A DNA stretch of 64,000 nt from Dipteris shenzhenensis. Lineage: Eukaryota. The notes below the pieces were generated by a model. It was not told the DNA's origin, searched no databases, and was given only the letters and a program-made list of their open reading frames with translations. How positions within the stretch are numbered: the first letter of the stretch is position 1; each line of letters opens with the position of its first letter. The translations under genes were made by a program, and so were the position numbers. The DNA lies in the NCBI GenBank assembly GCA_047967505.1, contig CM106538.1; one strand, given 5' to 3'. Shown one piece after another: positions 11,841 to 23,578 of the stretch.

Positions 11841-14800
11841 TGACCGAAAAAACTAGACATACAATATAAAACACTTGGAAATGATAGACTCTGTAAGCAT
11901 TACATAACATTTAGAATATGAATCTCTCATCAAAACATACATCTCTCTCTGATACTATCTCAAAAGGCATATTGCAAACTAGGAGTTACACCCAACATGT
12001 GGTTCTCCTCATATCTGTAACTATCTTGGATTTACATTATAATTAAAGATCCAAAAATATTTGATGTGCATTAATCCATGTACCAACCATAACTTTTCCC
12101 TAGCTTGGTGCTCAACCTCATTTATTGAGAATATGTGCACTCTTTCTTACTTTTCACCATCTTCTCTCCTTTTTTATCTTTAATTATGCACCACACATTT
12201 TTCCCTAGCTTGGTGCTCACTCATCTTTGTTTTGTGTATCCCCCAAGCTAACATTCCCTTTCTTTTGCACCTCTCCTTTCTACTCTCTTTACATATCTGC
12301 CTTGCGACATGGCACTCATTATTTGATGCACTCAAACACATCTACACCTCACTACAATTTCACTCTAGCTTCACAACATTAATGGAGTTTTGTCTCGGCA
12401 ATTTTGTAACCTAATCAAGGGCTTCCATCTACTCAAATTATTTACCTAGCATCTAATGAATGATGTGAAAATATCAATCCATAATTTGGGCCAATAGCGC
12501 ACAGTAAGTGTTGTAATATCTTCTTTTGCATCTTATCTCCTTGTGATTCTTACTTATATCATCACATTTACAAGATTATTTGTCATGCGTGTATGCACTT
12601 CTATAAATGATATCATTATTTGGGCAAGGATATGAGATGCACTTCATACCTAATGAATACAATACATTCTTTGATTGTTGTCTTGAACTAGCGCCATATA
12701 TTTTGGCATCAAATTAGGAGTACATTAGGTTGAAACATTTTGTCATCAAAATTAGGAGTATATTAAGTCAAAAACTTGAAACGATATTGAATGGATCATG
12801 TATTTCTAGACTATCTATTTCATATAACATGAAATTTTTTCATTTCCTCAAGACTCATTAGCATACTCTATTTCAGCCATTATCTTCCAAAACATCATGC
12901 TTAGGGCCTTTTAGAAATTCTTGGCAATTTCATTCAAATGATCTCATGTAAAGCTATTTCCTCATACTAAATGAAAATCATCATGAGAGAACATGTATTT
13001 ACACTTATATGATTGAATTTTTTTCTTCATACAATGTAATCTGAGGTATAAATTTGAATATAATCTCACATGAGTTAATAGGAGGGCTTCGTACATGTCT
13101 ATGCAATGTGTACGTAAGGGGATGTAGGGGTTCTTTTAACAACCTTAAATGTACACACTATAGGATATAGGGCGGTCTTGAACATCAAACATCCCATGTA
13201 TTTAGGGTAGATTCTATGGTGACTTCATGCCCTAATGACATGGTGGGAGAAGGATTTTATAGGAAAATATAATTTCCCAAATGCTTCATCAAGTCTCTTT
13301 TTCCACAAAACAATTTACCTTAAGAGCTCATTGGTTCTATGGGAAAAAGATGGGGGAAAATGGTAGGGGGCCACGTGGCACCATTCCATTAAATTTCCCA
13401 TTTCCCACAAGACTATCACAATGTCATAGGACATGTAACTTTATACCAAACCTTCTAGATACAAAATTGGGAGAAAATGGTAGGGGACCATATGCCACCT
13501 TGCCACTAAATTTCCCATCTCCCACAATGCTACCACAATGTCAGAAGGCTCTTAGAGTGATATGAAGGACATGTAACTTTATACCAAATCTTCCAAGTAC
13601 AATATTGGCAGTGCTTCAACCAGGCCACAATATTCTCTCATTAAGAATATGCACTCTTGCACTTCCCCTTGTTTGCCATTTGGACATCAAGATACCATCT
13701 TTTGATGGAGTTACCTCAAATACCTTGAGCATGCTTATCATATCTCAACCCTCCATATCCTCCATGCACCTTAAAACCACTAGGTACATGATGATGGAGG
13801 GAAGCCTAGCCTATGCTGGTCTTTAGGGTGATGGTGGTGCAAAAGGAGGTCATAGAGAAGAGCACAAAAAATACCCATTCCAACACCCATATGAAATATA
13901 AAAGCATGGACAAGGATATAGTGAGTGAGAGCTGTCTCTTGTCATGCCCTAAAAATCCAATTCCCACAGCACACACTAATCAAGCAAGAAGACACCAAGT
14001 GTGTGGCGTAAAGATGGGTTGAAGTACACCAATTTTGCTTTTTTAATTTTTGCTATTTTTTCAACAAGAATGAGAAAGATAAGAAACTTTACAATGTTAG
14101 ACAAATCTCTATAATTAGACCAAACACCATTGATGGTAAGTATTACATGGGTCACTTGGATTCAACAACATATCACATTTATTAGGGAGGTAGCAGGGAG
14201 CCTAGAATAGAATCAAATGAACAAAAGTCTCCCTCATATTCTCAATTAATAAACACCTGATTGCATGACCACAATAGAAATCTCCCTTAGAAAATAAATG
14301 CAAGATCTTAACAAAAAGCCAAAAGAATGTGTTTGAAAATGCCTCACCTCCAAATATATGACAAGCCGCCCTAACATGATGACTGCATCAATACAAGAGA
14401 TGAAAGCTGCCATGAAATCTATGAAGGTTAACATGGCAAAGACAATGAGAATATTAGGAAGCTCACATGGAGGAAGTCACAAAAGTATGATTTAAAGTTA
14501 AGTGGAAATATTGGATAGCTGGCTACTGACCCGTGGTAGTGATCACTAAAAAGAATTACTAAGACTAGCACGAGGACATAGGGGAATCATCTTAGAGAAA
14601 AATGTATGTAGACACAAAGGCATTTTTTAAAGGCACAAAAGAATGTCTAGAATAGAAAAGAATGATATATATGCCAATCTCTTCTCTGTAGAGGATATCG
14701 ACTAGGGTTTATGAAAGCTGAACACATTTAACAATCATACATGTTTATCATGTTTTTTCTTCATAAATAGATGTACATTTTGTAGGGTACCTACTTGTCC

Positions 14801-15583
14801 CCATGTATACTTCTAATGCTACTTACGATTCTACTATAGTAAATAAATTTTTAGCGCTTCTTTTGATGCCCTCATTTTTTCAAATTCATATGATATGTAA
14901 TAGAGGCCCTCTACACTATTCTTACAATCTTCTTCTTCAAGAATTCCATCAATAATTTGTTGCACTGCCAAAGAAATCGACCATGTCAAAATTAAATCAC
15001 CCAAAAGAACAATTCAATTTCTTTGTCCTCCATCTTGCACATTGCTAAGCTCCCTACCAAGGTTTCAAAAAGAATGAATTCAAAGATATCCAATGAACTT
15101 ATCTCTATAATAGTGCTCAAAGGACCCAAATAACTCCTCATTCAAAGATAATTATGGGCATCAATTAAGTCCAAGCCTTCAAATAGAATTAAGGGCATCA
15201 AATAGTGATCAATGGACCCAAATAACTCCTCAATAAATAGAATTAGGGGCATCAATTAAGTCCAAGCCATCGAACACATTTCAAAGGCCTCCAAACCTTC
15301 CAGTTCTTGTAGATAGGCTGCCACTAATGAAAATTCTTGAAAAATCAACCACACAGATTAGTAGTTTGGAAGGCACTGATCAAGAGAAACAGGAGAAAAA
15401 TGCATGTTAGAAAAGCCACCTTGTGTCTAGAGAACATAGCTCATTACCTAGGGAATATTTGGAACAAGGAAGGTGGAGGTCTATCCTTCTAGCAATGCCT
15501 TGCTTGATGAAAAAAAAAAGATACTTGCAAGCCAAGCCTTGCAAAAACACTACCACTTTTCAACATCACCCTTGATCCTGAAG

Positions 15584-18500
15584 TGTCACACTCCCAAATG
15601 GGTGTTGGTGGCAGTAGATCCTCATGGGGTCACACTTGAAGATCGTTTTGTTGATGCACCCTTGATTAAGGTTGTGAGAGGGAGTGGTTCTCTTGTGCAT
15701 GGCATGGACATGAGTTATGGCTAGCTAGATGACACAAAGGATTGGTCCATGCAAGTAAGAAAGTTGTGGATTGGCTGGCGTATGTGAGTTCCAACACATG
15801 CTTTACACTTGGCAGCATTCCTCAACGTGATTGGTTTGCTGATCTTGTATGGAAACTCGGCTCTTCATGAATGAGGCTTCTACAAGAATGACAAGCTGTG
15901 TCAATTTCTCTCCTCTTTCTAGGTTGCGAGCATGTATAAGATGATGAGAGTTGTCTATATACACAGAGTTTGTCGCCAAGTTTTAGAGCCAGCTAGTCAT
16001 GTCAAGTCTTAGAATATCTCTCGTCACCTCACTTGAGTTGATAGTAGAATAATTATATGATTGTTAGTCCATAGTTACTGTCCTTGTATTGCCTACAAGC
16101 TCTATAGAGGTGTGACATAGTCCTAAGTCTAAGTCGTGGCATAGTCTTGAGTCTAAGTCGTGTGTCCAGTTTGATTAATACAAAAGCTCTATCAATTTCA
16201 TATCATATTGCTATGCAAGATTCTGAGTGACTTGTGTGATGTATGTGGTCAGTCTGTTCATGACCCTGAGGAAGGATGGCTACTAGTATGAGTTCTTTGA
16301 AGCAAGAAAAGCCGAAGCTGCTCTTATAAAGTTCGATGGTCGTAACTTTCCTTCTTGGCAACTTTCCACCCGATTATGGAGTATGCAAAAAGGTTTGTGG
16401 AGCATCGTACCTAATGTTGAGGAGAAACCAAATCCAAAAAGCTTGCATGGGATAAGAAGGATGAAAAGGCAATGAGAATGCTCAAACATGCTCTTGGAGA
16501 AGACTATTTTCATCATCTTTTTGGCATCAAGATGAGGCGTGCTAAAGCAGTGGTGCAGCAGGAGCTATTCAACTTATGAATAGAAGAGATTGAAAATCTA
16601 GGTACCTTTCTTAATCGTCTTTGTTGCCTCACGATATTCTCCATTGACTTGATTTTGTCTCTTCCTTCCTATGTTCCAGCGTGGAGCCTATAGCTATGCT
16701 TGGGACCCTCCCAACATCAATAGCATTCCAAACATCAAATGGAATGACAAGGAATTTCACACATGCAAGTTGAATTTCACCTCTTCCCTCCTCCTTGACA
16801 CTGGCCAACCATGTCCATCATAAACATTGAATGCACAATCTCCCCTGGATTTGAAATGAAATTCTCCATCATCCTAATTATGTCCAATCTAGTATTCAAG
16901 ATTTATGGCCATGAGAATCAAGCTGCAGTCGCCACATCGAAGGACTGCTTCTCTCCACAAAAACCAATTCATACATCTTAATCTGGAGTTAGGAAAGACA
17001 TATGATCATATGAGGTGGGACATTATCCTTTGTACGATGGAAAGGATGCTATTTAATGGCTTCCACAGTTTTAATGTGACTCAACCACCTTATCTCTCAT
17101 TGGCTATCTACATGGAAGTTTCAAGCTTGAAAATCTTGTTTGCCCTTATGACGGAATCCCTCCTTCACCAGATCGACAAAAAGCAACAATATGGATTGAT
17201 TAAATTTTTGTCCCTTCATGATGGCACTCAACATCGTGCCCTATTCTTTGGAGATGATAGTTACTCAAGTATCCAAGTGAAACTGGGGCAAATAGTTGGC
17301 TAGGAGGACATACCACTTGGGAAAAATATTGTAGTCTCTCACAACCAATCAGTTAGCTATGTATTTAAAAGGAGATGAGGAAAGAGTAGTAGATGAGCAA
17401 GTCAGAGGCTTGAGCTATGTCCAAATGAGTAGGCAAACAACAATGCTAAAGCTAAATTGACAAAGAAGTACACAAAAATTTGCTTGCTCGATGCAATATA
17501 GAACTAAGAATATGGAGAATTCCAAACATGTTTTTGCCAGCGATAGGAAAATGGCACTAATGTTGATTTCTAAAATTGGTTTAGGATTGCCAAATAGACA
17601 CAAATTGTGAGAAGCACATCATTTTTTGGTCGTAGACTTTGGAGATTCAAAAGAAAACCACATTGCAAATAGTCATTCAAGAAAAAGCATGATAGAGGAA
17701 AGTGTCACGATAGAGGAAGTTGGATAAACTAGTATGTACCTAGAGAAACTAGAGGAGCACATACACCAGAAGCACGAGAGGCTGGTATAGCATATGGAAG
17801 AGGATTGAGGAGCTACAGGGCTAGTGCAACGTTCAAAGGAGAAGTTGGAGATGGATGTAGTGAGCAAGTCGCAATGCATTCATTATAGTAGTGGAAAGAT
17901 TGGATGGTGTCAGGGAGGAGTGACAAGGGTGAGGGCCATAAAAATCAACCAAGTGGTGAAAGAAAGTATGTTCATCGTTCCAAAAATGTAGTTCAAGCTA
18001 GGAGGGACCCATGCTCCCTCTATGATCCATGCTAGGCATATGACAAGGGAAGGTCGATGGAGAATATCGTGAGGTGTCTTTGTTAAAACAACTCGATGTG
18101 CTCGGTTCCAAGGTTGATGAGGAAGATAAAAATTGCTATACTCTAGACTTGATGTGCTTAGTTCCAGGGTTGCTTGGTGACTTATCTTATAAAAGAAAAG
18201 AGGGGTATAAGAAAGACCAAGAATGTTTGTGGTCACTAGGGAAAACCAAGACATGATGAAGACCACTGTTGGAGGAAAAAGAAAGAAGAGAAGCCTTGCG
18301 ATTCAAAAGCTCAAGCTCATGAAGTGTGTTTGATTGAAGAACATGCTGGTTTTGTTGCTTTCACAGATCAAGAATGGGCTTTAAAGACTCTTTAGGTGCA
18401 TCGATTTCTCATACACATTTGGATCCTGAAGGTCTTAAGGTGCTTATGGGGATCTCACTTGTCTTTATTCAAAATTTTGGTGTGCCCTTATGATGGTGTT

Positions 18501-19274
18501 CTACATTGATTTTGAGCATTTTGTCTCACTTAAGATCTTTTAGGTTAAGTAATCGTTTAGCAGTTCTGTCTTCTTTGCTCCCCATTTTCGCTCCACAGGG
18601 TATGTTGGCAACAGATCCTCATGGGGTCGCGTTTGAAGATGGTCTTATTGATGCACCCTTGTGAGAGGGAGTGGTTCTCTTGTGCATGCCGTGGACATGC
18701 CTGATGGCTAGCTAGATGACACAACGGTGTTGTTCCATGCAAGCGAGAAAGCAAGGATTGGCTGGTGTATGAGTTCCAACACATGCTTTGCACTTAGTAG
18801 CATTCCTCAAGGTGATTGGTCAATTGATCTTACATGGAAACCTGGCTCTTCATGGATGAGGTGATTACTTGGCATGTGAAGGTGGCTTCTACAAGAACGA
18901 TGATCTGCATCAATTTCTCTCCTTTTTCTAGGCCTCGAGGCTATATAGGATGATGAGAGTCATCTATATACATAGATTCTATCACCAATGGCTAGTCATC
19001 TCAAGTCTTACAATATTTATTGTCACCTCGATTGAGTTGATAGTAGAATAGATTATATGATTGTTAGTCCATAGTCAGTGTCCTTGTATTGCCTACAAAC
19101 TCTATATAGGTGCAACATAGTCCTAGTCCTAAGTCTGAGTCATGTGTCTAGATTGATTAATACAAAAGCTCTACAGATCTCATATTGTCATTATAATTCT
19201 ACACAATCTACACTTTGCATGTGTAATCTTGTGTCTATGCCATCCATACCATTTGTGTGCAAAGCATCTTGACA
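15584..19274 (+). mobile_element. non-autonomous copia-derived LTR element containing only gag (TR-GAG-like)
   Basis: TGTCA...TGACA ends with a perfect 5-bp TSD TGAAG (15579-15583 / 19275-19279). Diverged LTRs at ~15584-16260 and ~18590-19274. Internal gag remnants IKFDGRNFPSW, KGLWSIV, LKQLDVLGSKVDEEDK. No pol. Confidence 0.8.
16626..18075. mobile_element. Mutator-like TIR element with LINE-derived internal sequence, inserted into the copia gag
   Basis: 9-bp TSD GTCTTTGTT (16617-16625 / 18076-18084). TIRs GCCTCACGATATTCTCCATTGAC versus revcomp ACCTCACGATATTCTCCATCGAC. Internal L1-RT-like LNLELGKTYDHMRW and LFFGDDS (16905-17303). Confidence 0.75.
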
Positions 19275-20466
19275 TGAAGAAAATTTCGTCTCATTTTGTT
19301 GCATGCTCTTATCTCTCAACTAGTCTATCATTGCATGCACTCAATTTCCTACAATGGGTGCACAGCGTGTAGATGATATCCTGCTAGATAATAATGAGGG
19401 TGGCTATTGGAGGAACCTGATGACCTCCTACCATGAACTACAACAGGCAACGCAAATGTTCCAGGCAATGATGCTAGACACCATCTCCCATACACTATCC
19501 TCTGGGAAAGGAAATGGAGACAAGCGGGAAGGAGGCATTCCATCCTGTGCCTCTATCCTGAAGACTCATTGCCATGTATCCTATAGGTCAGAGAGGATGG
19601 ACCAATGGAAAATTATGAGCCCCTCCATCAACCAAGAAACCATCCTTCAAGTGAAATCGTGATGTAACTTTTGTGTACTGACAACAATATGGAGGTACTC
19701 ATGTAGATCCTCTGCATCATGAGACAACACCATAGACAATGCAGAATCATCTACTTATCTATATCTCCACACTAGTTGCATCCTCTAGATGGTTTCATCA
19801 GTTGCATCCTCTAAATGGCTTCACAAGTTGCATCTACCATCTAGGCACATTTGCTGCAACCATGGGCCAATGGACAAAATTCCATACGCTACCATCTAGA
19901 AGAAATAGAAAGTCTCATGTTTACTAGCCAGATACCTCCTAGGGAACCTGCTGCCCAACCCAATGCCGCTCTCCAAGCTGCTCTGGATGAAAACATAGAC
20001 AAACCAATTTATGTACAAGAAGAAGGTAACCTCCTCCACCATGTCCAAGTGCCCTACTTGTATAGGCCAAAATGACTCACCCTGATCTCATTGAATCTCT
20101 CAAAGATGTCAAGACATCAAGCCTCATGTGTCACCACACTCCCCCTGCTTTGTAGTCTAGAATTGGATCAATGGTCAAGTCCTTGCCCAAGCAGACTTCG
20201 ACTTTGAGCCTCTACCAATTCCTCTTACTATTGAAGGCTAAACATTGACAATAGTACAAACCAACCTCTATATTACAAATGCCACTCATAGGAGGTGCCA
20301 TGAAACAAGGCACCACTTCAGTTCCTACATGTGGGAGCTTCCTTTGCTCCTGTCTTTGGGTAGGTCATATCAAGATCAACACCACTAGGCTCTAGGGAGT
20401 GGTTCTATGTGCAAGCTCTTTGCACACACATCAAGCTTCTAGCTTACACAATGTGTGAATGTGTGT

Positions 20467-21455
20467 TGTTATGGATAAAATTGTCTAAGGAAAAAGGCAT
20501 TAATATGTGTGTGTGTTTGTATATGTGGCAATAGTATAATAAAATATGGTGTGCATAGGGCCCAAGGTTGAGGTGGCAGGGCATGACCATGTGCCACCCT
20601 TCCATGTAAGAGGACCCATAAGGTGTGTTGTACATAATCCATGATAGTAATATTATAAAATGTAAGGTGGCATGGCTCCTCCATGTGCCACCCCTCCACC
20701 TAGGCTACATTTAGTGAAATATGGCTCAAAGTCCATGGGAGAAGTAATATATAATAGGTGGAGATGGATATTATATTGAGTTATTCCCTCCATATGGGAT
20801 AGGCCCATGTGGGGGAGGTATAGAAGGTCCAAGAGAGCAAGTTAAATAATGGGGAAAGTAGAGGTGGCAAGATTCCTTGTGCCAACCCTCCACTTGTCCT
20901 CCTAGAGGTTTGAACATATTCTAAAATTGGGAAGAGACCAAGGGAGTATCATAGACTTGAGATATATGGGGCTTGATTTATGTGGAAAATTGAGGCAAAG
21001 GGTTGTCGGACACAATTGAGAGTGCGTAACCGCCTAGCCCACATGGGAGACTTTTCCACACACACCATGCATGTGGGAGGATACATTAATTGGGAGAGAC
21101 CCCCTCTTTTGGCTATAAAAGGAGGGGGCTATTCCTTGATGAGACATGCTCATTCTTGTAAAGCCACCTAGCTAGTATTTTGATATTTACCTCTCATCCT
21201 TTCTTTCAAATAAAGTATGGTTCTCTTCCCTTGATGTCTCCATCTCTACATTCCTCCTCCTATCATGTACATGCTTCTCTTCCCCCTCTCCTTTTCCCCT
21301 TATGTCATAGTCTCCCTCTTCCTTCCCTCCACTTCTAATTCCTTTTCCCCTCCCATGACAACGGTTCGCCCTCACGATCTCCTTTTCTCTATGGCCCTCG
21401 AGCGTCGCCATGCTTAGCCTCTAGCCTCTGGTCTTGATTTCTTTTTCGGCTAATA
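20467..21455 (+). repeat. 5' LTR of gypsy copy 2
   Basis: TGTTATGG...GGCTAATA, with TATAAAA at 21114-21120. About 20 substitutions and 3 short indels relative to the 3' LTR (manual count). Confidence 0.95.
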
Positions 21456-21459
21456 GAAT

Positions 21460-21477
21460 TGGTGTGGCTGTTGGGAT
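21460..21477 (+). promoter_or_regulatory. primer-binding site (tRNA-His), one mismatch
   Basis: TGGTGTGGCTGTTGGGAT, 4 nt after the LTR. Confidence 0.78.
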
Positions 21478-21580
21478 TGAAATCTCCATGGCTAGTGGTG
21501 AATCTTCTGCTCGTACTGGTTGCATCTACAAAACTGTACCATCTGTGCTCCTTCTAAGCTACTGCATGTACATTCGATTT

Positions 21581-21811
21581 GCGCATCTACTATGTTCGAC
21601 CGTGCGACAGTTTTCTGGGCTGCTGCAACTTCTGGTCGCGGATAGTTTTCTCACTTCGCGCATCTACTGCGTTCACCCACGCGACAGTTTTCTGGACTGC
21701 TGTGGCTTTTGGTCACGAACAGTCTTCTCGCTCCATGCGTCTACTGTGTTCACTCGTGCGACAGTTTTTTGGGCTGCTGCGTCTTCTGGTCGCGGACAGT
21801 TTTCTGAGTTC
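21581..21811 (+). repeat. 3 x ~77-bp tandem repeat in the gypsy leader
   Basis: Units begin GCGCATCTACT at 21581 and 21658, and ATGCGTCTACT at ~21735. Copy 1 has one unit only. Confidence 0.8.
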
Positions 21812-21916
21812 CTGCAAAATTGCAACAGCAGATCCCGCGCCCCCCTCTCTCTTCTCTTCTTCTTCCTCTCCTTCTCTTTCTCCTTCTCCTCTCCTCTCCT
21901 CTCTTTTTATTAAAGA

Positions 21917-21973
21917 GTAGGATTTGAACCCAAGACCTCCCCCTTCACAAAAGGGAGACTTATCATTGGGCCA
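21917..21973 (-). other. antisense tRNA-like motif in the gypsy leader (copy 2)
   Basis: 54-nt core identical to copy 1. Confidence 0.6.
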
Positions 21974-22186
21974 ACAAGTTGGAAGTGGTGAAAATGTAAT
22001 GATTTTTGTTCATATATCGAAATCTCGGGAACTATAACTCTCTAACCGTGGGGAGTTTGCTCTTGCTGTAAAAAGCAAAAGTACTTCATTTCATGTGCTC
22101 TATTCACATCTCCTACTAGATCGCCAATTCAGAACTTCTCCAAGCTCACTACACGGATGCACGCCACACAAGGAGGGTGGACATTT

Positions 22187-22596
22187 ATGTCACTTCTCGA
22201 CGTGTTTAAGGATTTGCTGCCTGGTCCTCTGCACCTTATGGCTACCAATGCACGAGATCTCTTTCTTGATCTTCATGTCGACCTTCAACAACTAATTGTC
22301 CAGTGCATTGTTCAAGGAGATGACGGGTGGAATGATACACCGTGGATGATTCATGGTGAAGAACTCCTGATACGCTGGGAGAACTTTGATTTTACTTCTA
22401 CTCATTGTGCGGTGATTGAACTACTTGCTGCTTCAGAGGTAATTAAAACGGTGTCCTTCATCGAAGGGTGGGATGCTCCCCAAGCTTGGGGGGAGATTTG
22501 GCGCATCTGCTTGTTGATTCCTATGGATAAGCTCGTCTTGAATGGTTTATTCTCAATCTACTACAAAGGTTTCTAGGCCTCGGCTATGGTTGGTAA
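22187..22596 (+). pseudogene. gypsy accessory ORF-A (copy 2; 1-bp deletion near the C-terminus)
   Basis: MSLLDVFKDLLPGP...; the restored frame ends at TAATG (22594-22598). Confidence 0.68.
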
Positions 22597-22784
22597 TGTT
22601 TTGACCAAGGAATCCATTTGTACCTAATCAACCTTTTGTGCCTCATTTCGAGCTTCAAGTTGTAATTCTATTTGGTCTTAAGATAAACTATCAACAAAGG
22701 ATTGCAAGTTTATTTGGTACTGAACGTTTGGCTCAAGTGTTGAATTCTCCCCACCCTCTCCTCCTACCTATCTTGGACTACTGA
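22596..22784 (+). pseudogene. gypsy accessory ORF-B (copy 2; CGA>TGA at codon 3)
   Basis: Otherwise open. The terminal stop is TGA where copy 1 has TAA. Confidence 0.65.
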
Positions 22785-22819
22785 GAAACTTGGGATGTCT
22801 GAATTTTAGTCTTGGTGTG

Positions 22820-23284
22820 ATGACATCTTGGATCCTTCAATTTGATGGAGCTTACAAACCTTCGACCAAGGCTGCTAGCGTGGGTGTGAAGCTCAGTTCA
22901 CTGGGTGGTGAGAAGTATTGTTACAGCAAGTCTGCACTTGCAAGTACTTGCAATCAAGCTGAGTACTTGGCGCTCATTTTTGGGCTACAAAAGGCACAAG
23001 AACATCATGCCAAGCAACTTGAAGTGCAAGGAGATTCTCAACTAGTGTGTGAACAAGTTAGTGGAAGGTGGAAGGTGCGGAGCAAAGGCTTGGTTCCACG
23101 ACATCAACAAGCATTGGAACTTTGCAACCAATTTAAAGAGGTAAAAATTCAGCATATCCCTCGAACTCGAAATCTAGTTGCTGATTTCTTGGCACGTGAA
23201 GCTTGTACTTCAATCACGCATGACGCGAGTGGAAGCACCACCCCAACAAAACCGCAAGCTACGAAGGAGGGTGATCATTTGTAA
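22820..23284 (+). CDS. stand-alone archaeal-type ribonuclease HI, 154 aa, intact
   Basis: MTSWILQFDGAYKP..CNQAEYLALIFGL..VQGDSQLVCEQVSGRWKV..IQHIPRTRNLVADFLAREA. The D-E-D-D carboxylates and the Arg typical of archaeal/plant RNase HI are present. It has its own ATG and TAA. Confidence 0.92.
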   Translation: MTSWILQFDGAYKPSTKAASVGVKLSSLGGEKYCYSKSALASTCNQAEYLALIFGLQKAQEHHAKQLEVQGDSQLVCEQVSGRWKVRSKGLVPRHQQALELCNQFKEVKIQHIPRTRNLVADFLAREACTSITHDASGSTTPTKPQATKEGDHL

Positions 23285-23420
23285 GGAATGCAAAAGTTGT
23301 GGTCATCATGAAACTAAGTGTTGGGCATACTTGATACGAGTTCACCGACTTCAGAAGATCATCAAAAAGGTCCTTAAGGACATTGCTCAAAAGAAGGATG
23401 CCAGACCGCACACCCCTTGA
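23265..23420 (+). pseudogene. gypsy accessory ORF-D (copy 2; ATG>AGG)
   Basis: RVIICKECKSCGHHETKCWAYLIRVH...PHTP*, with an in-frame 3-nt deletion relative to copy 1. Confidence 0.5.
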
Positions 23421-23562
23421 AGAAATAGCATGGCGACTACAAGAACTGGAAGAAGCTGAAGGTGATGTGCAAGCTCTCCAACTGTTGACATTTGTCATGG
23501 CATTCTTGTTTGCCTTGATGAACAACCTCATGCAATGCCGTGCCTCTAACCCTCGCTTGTAA
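23398..23562 (+). CDS. gypsy accessory ORF-E, 54 aa, acidic helix plus hydrophobic segment
   Basis: MPDRTPLEEIAWRLQELEEAEGDVQALQLLTFVMAFLFALMNNLMQCRASNPRL*. Four synonymous differences relative to copy 1. Confidence 0.55.
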   Translation: MPDRTPLEEIAWRLQELEEAEGDVQALQLLTFVMAFLFALMNNLMQCRASNPRL

Positions 23563-23578
23563 AGATGGATGTGATATC

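Noticed and set aside
21434-21920. 159-aa and 113-aa ORFs in the gypsy leader
   Set aside because: They arise from the 77-bp tandem repeat and a pyrimidine tract and are not conserved in copy 1.
21960-22186. Possible seventh accessory ORF upstream of ORF-A
   Set aside because: The best frame has a stop shared by both copies, plus a frameshift and no clear start. Unsupported without more copies.
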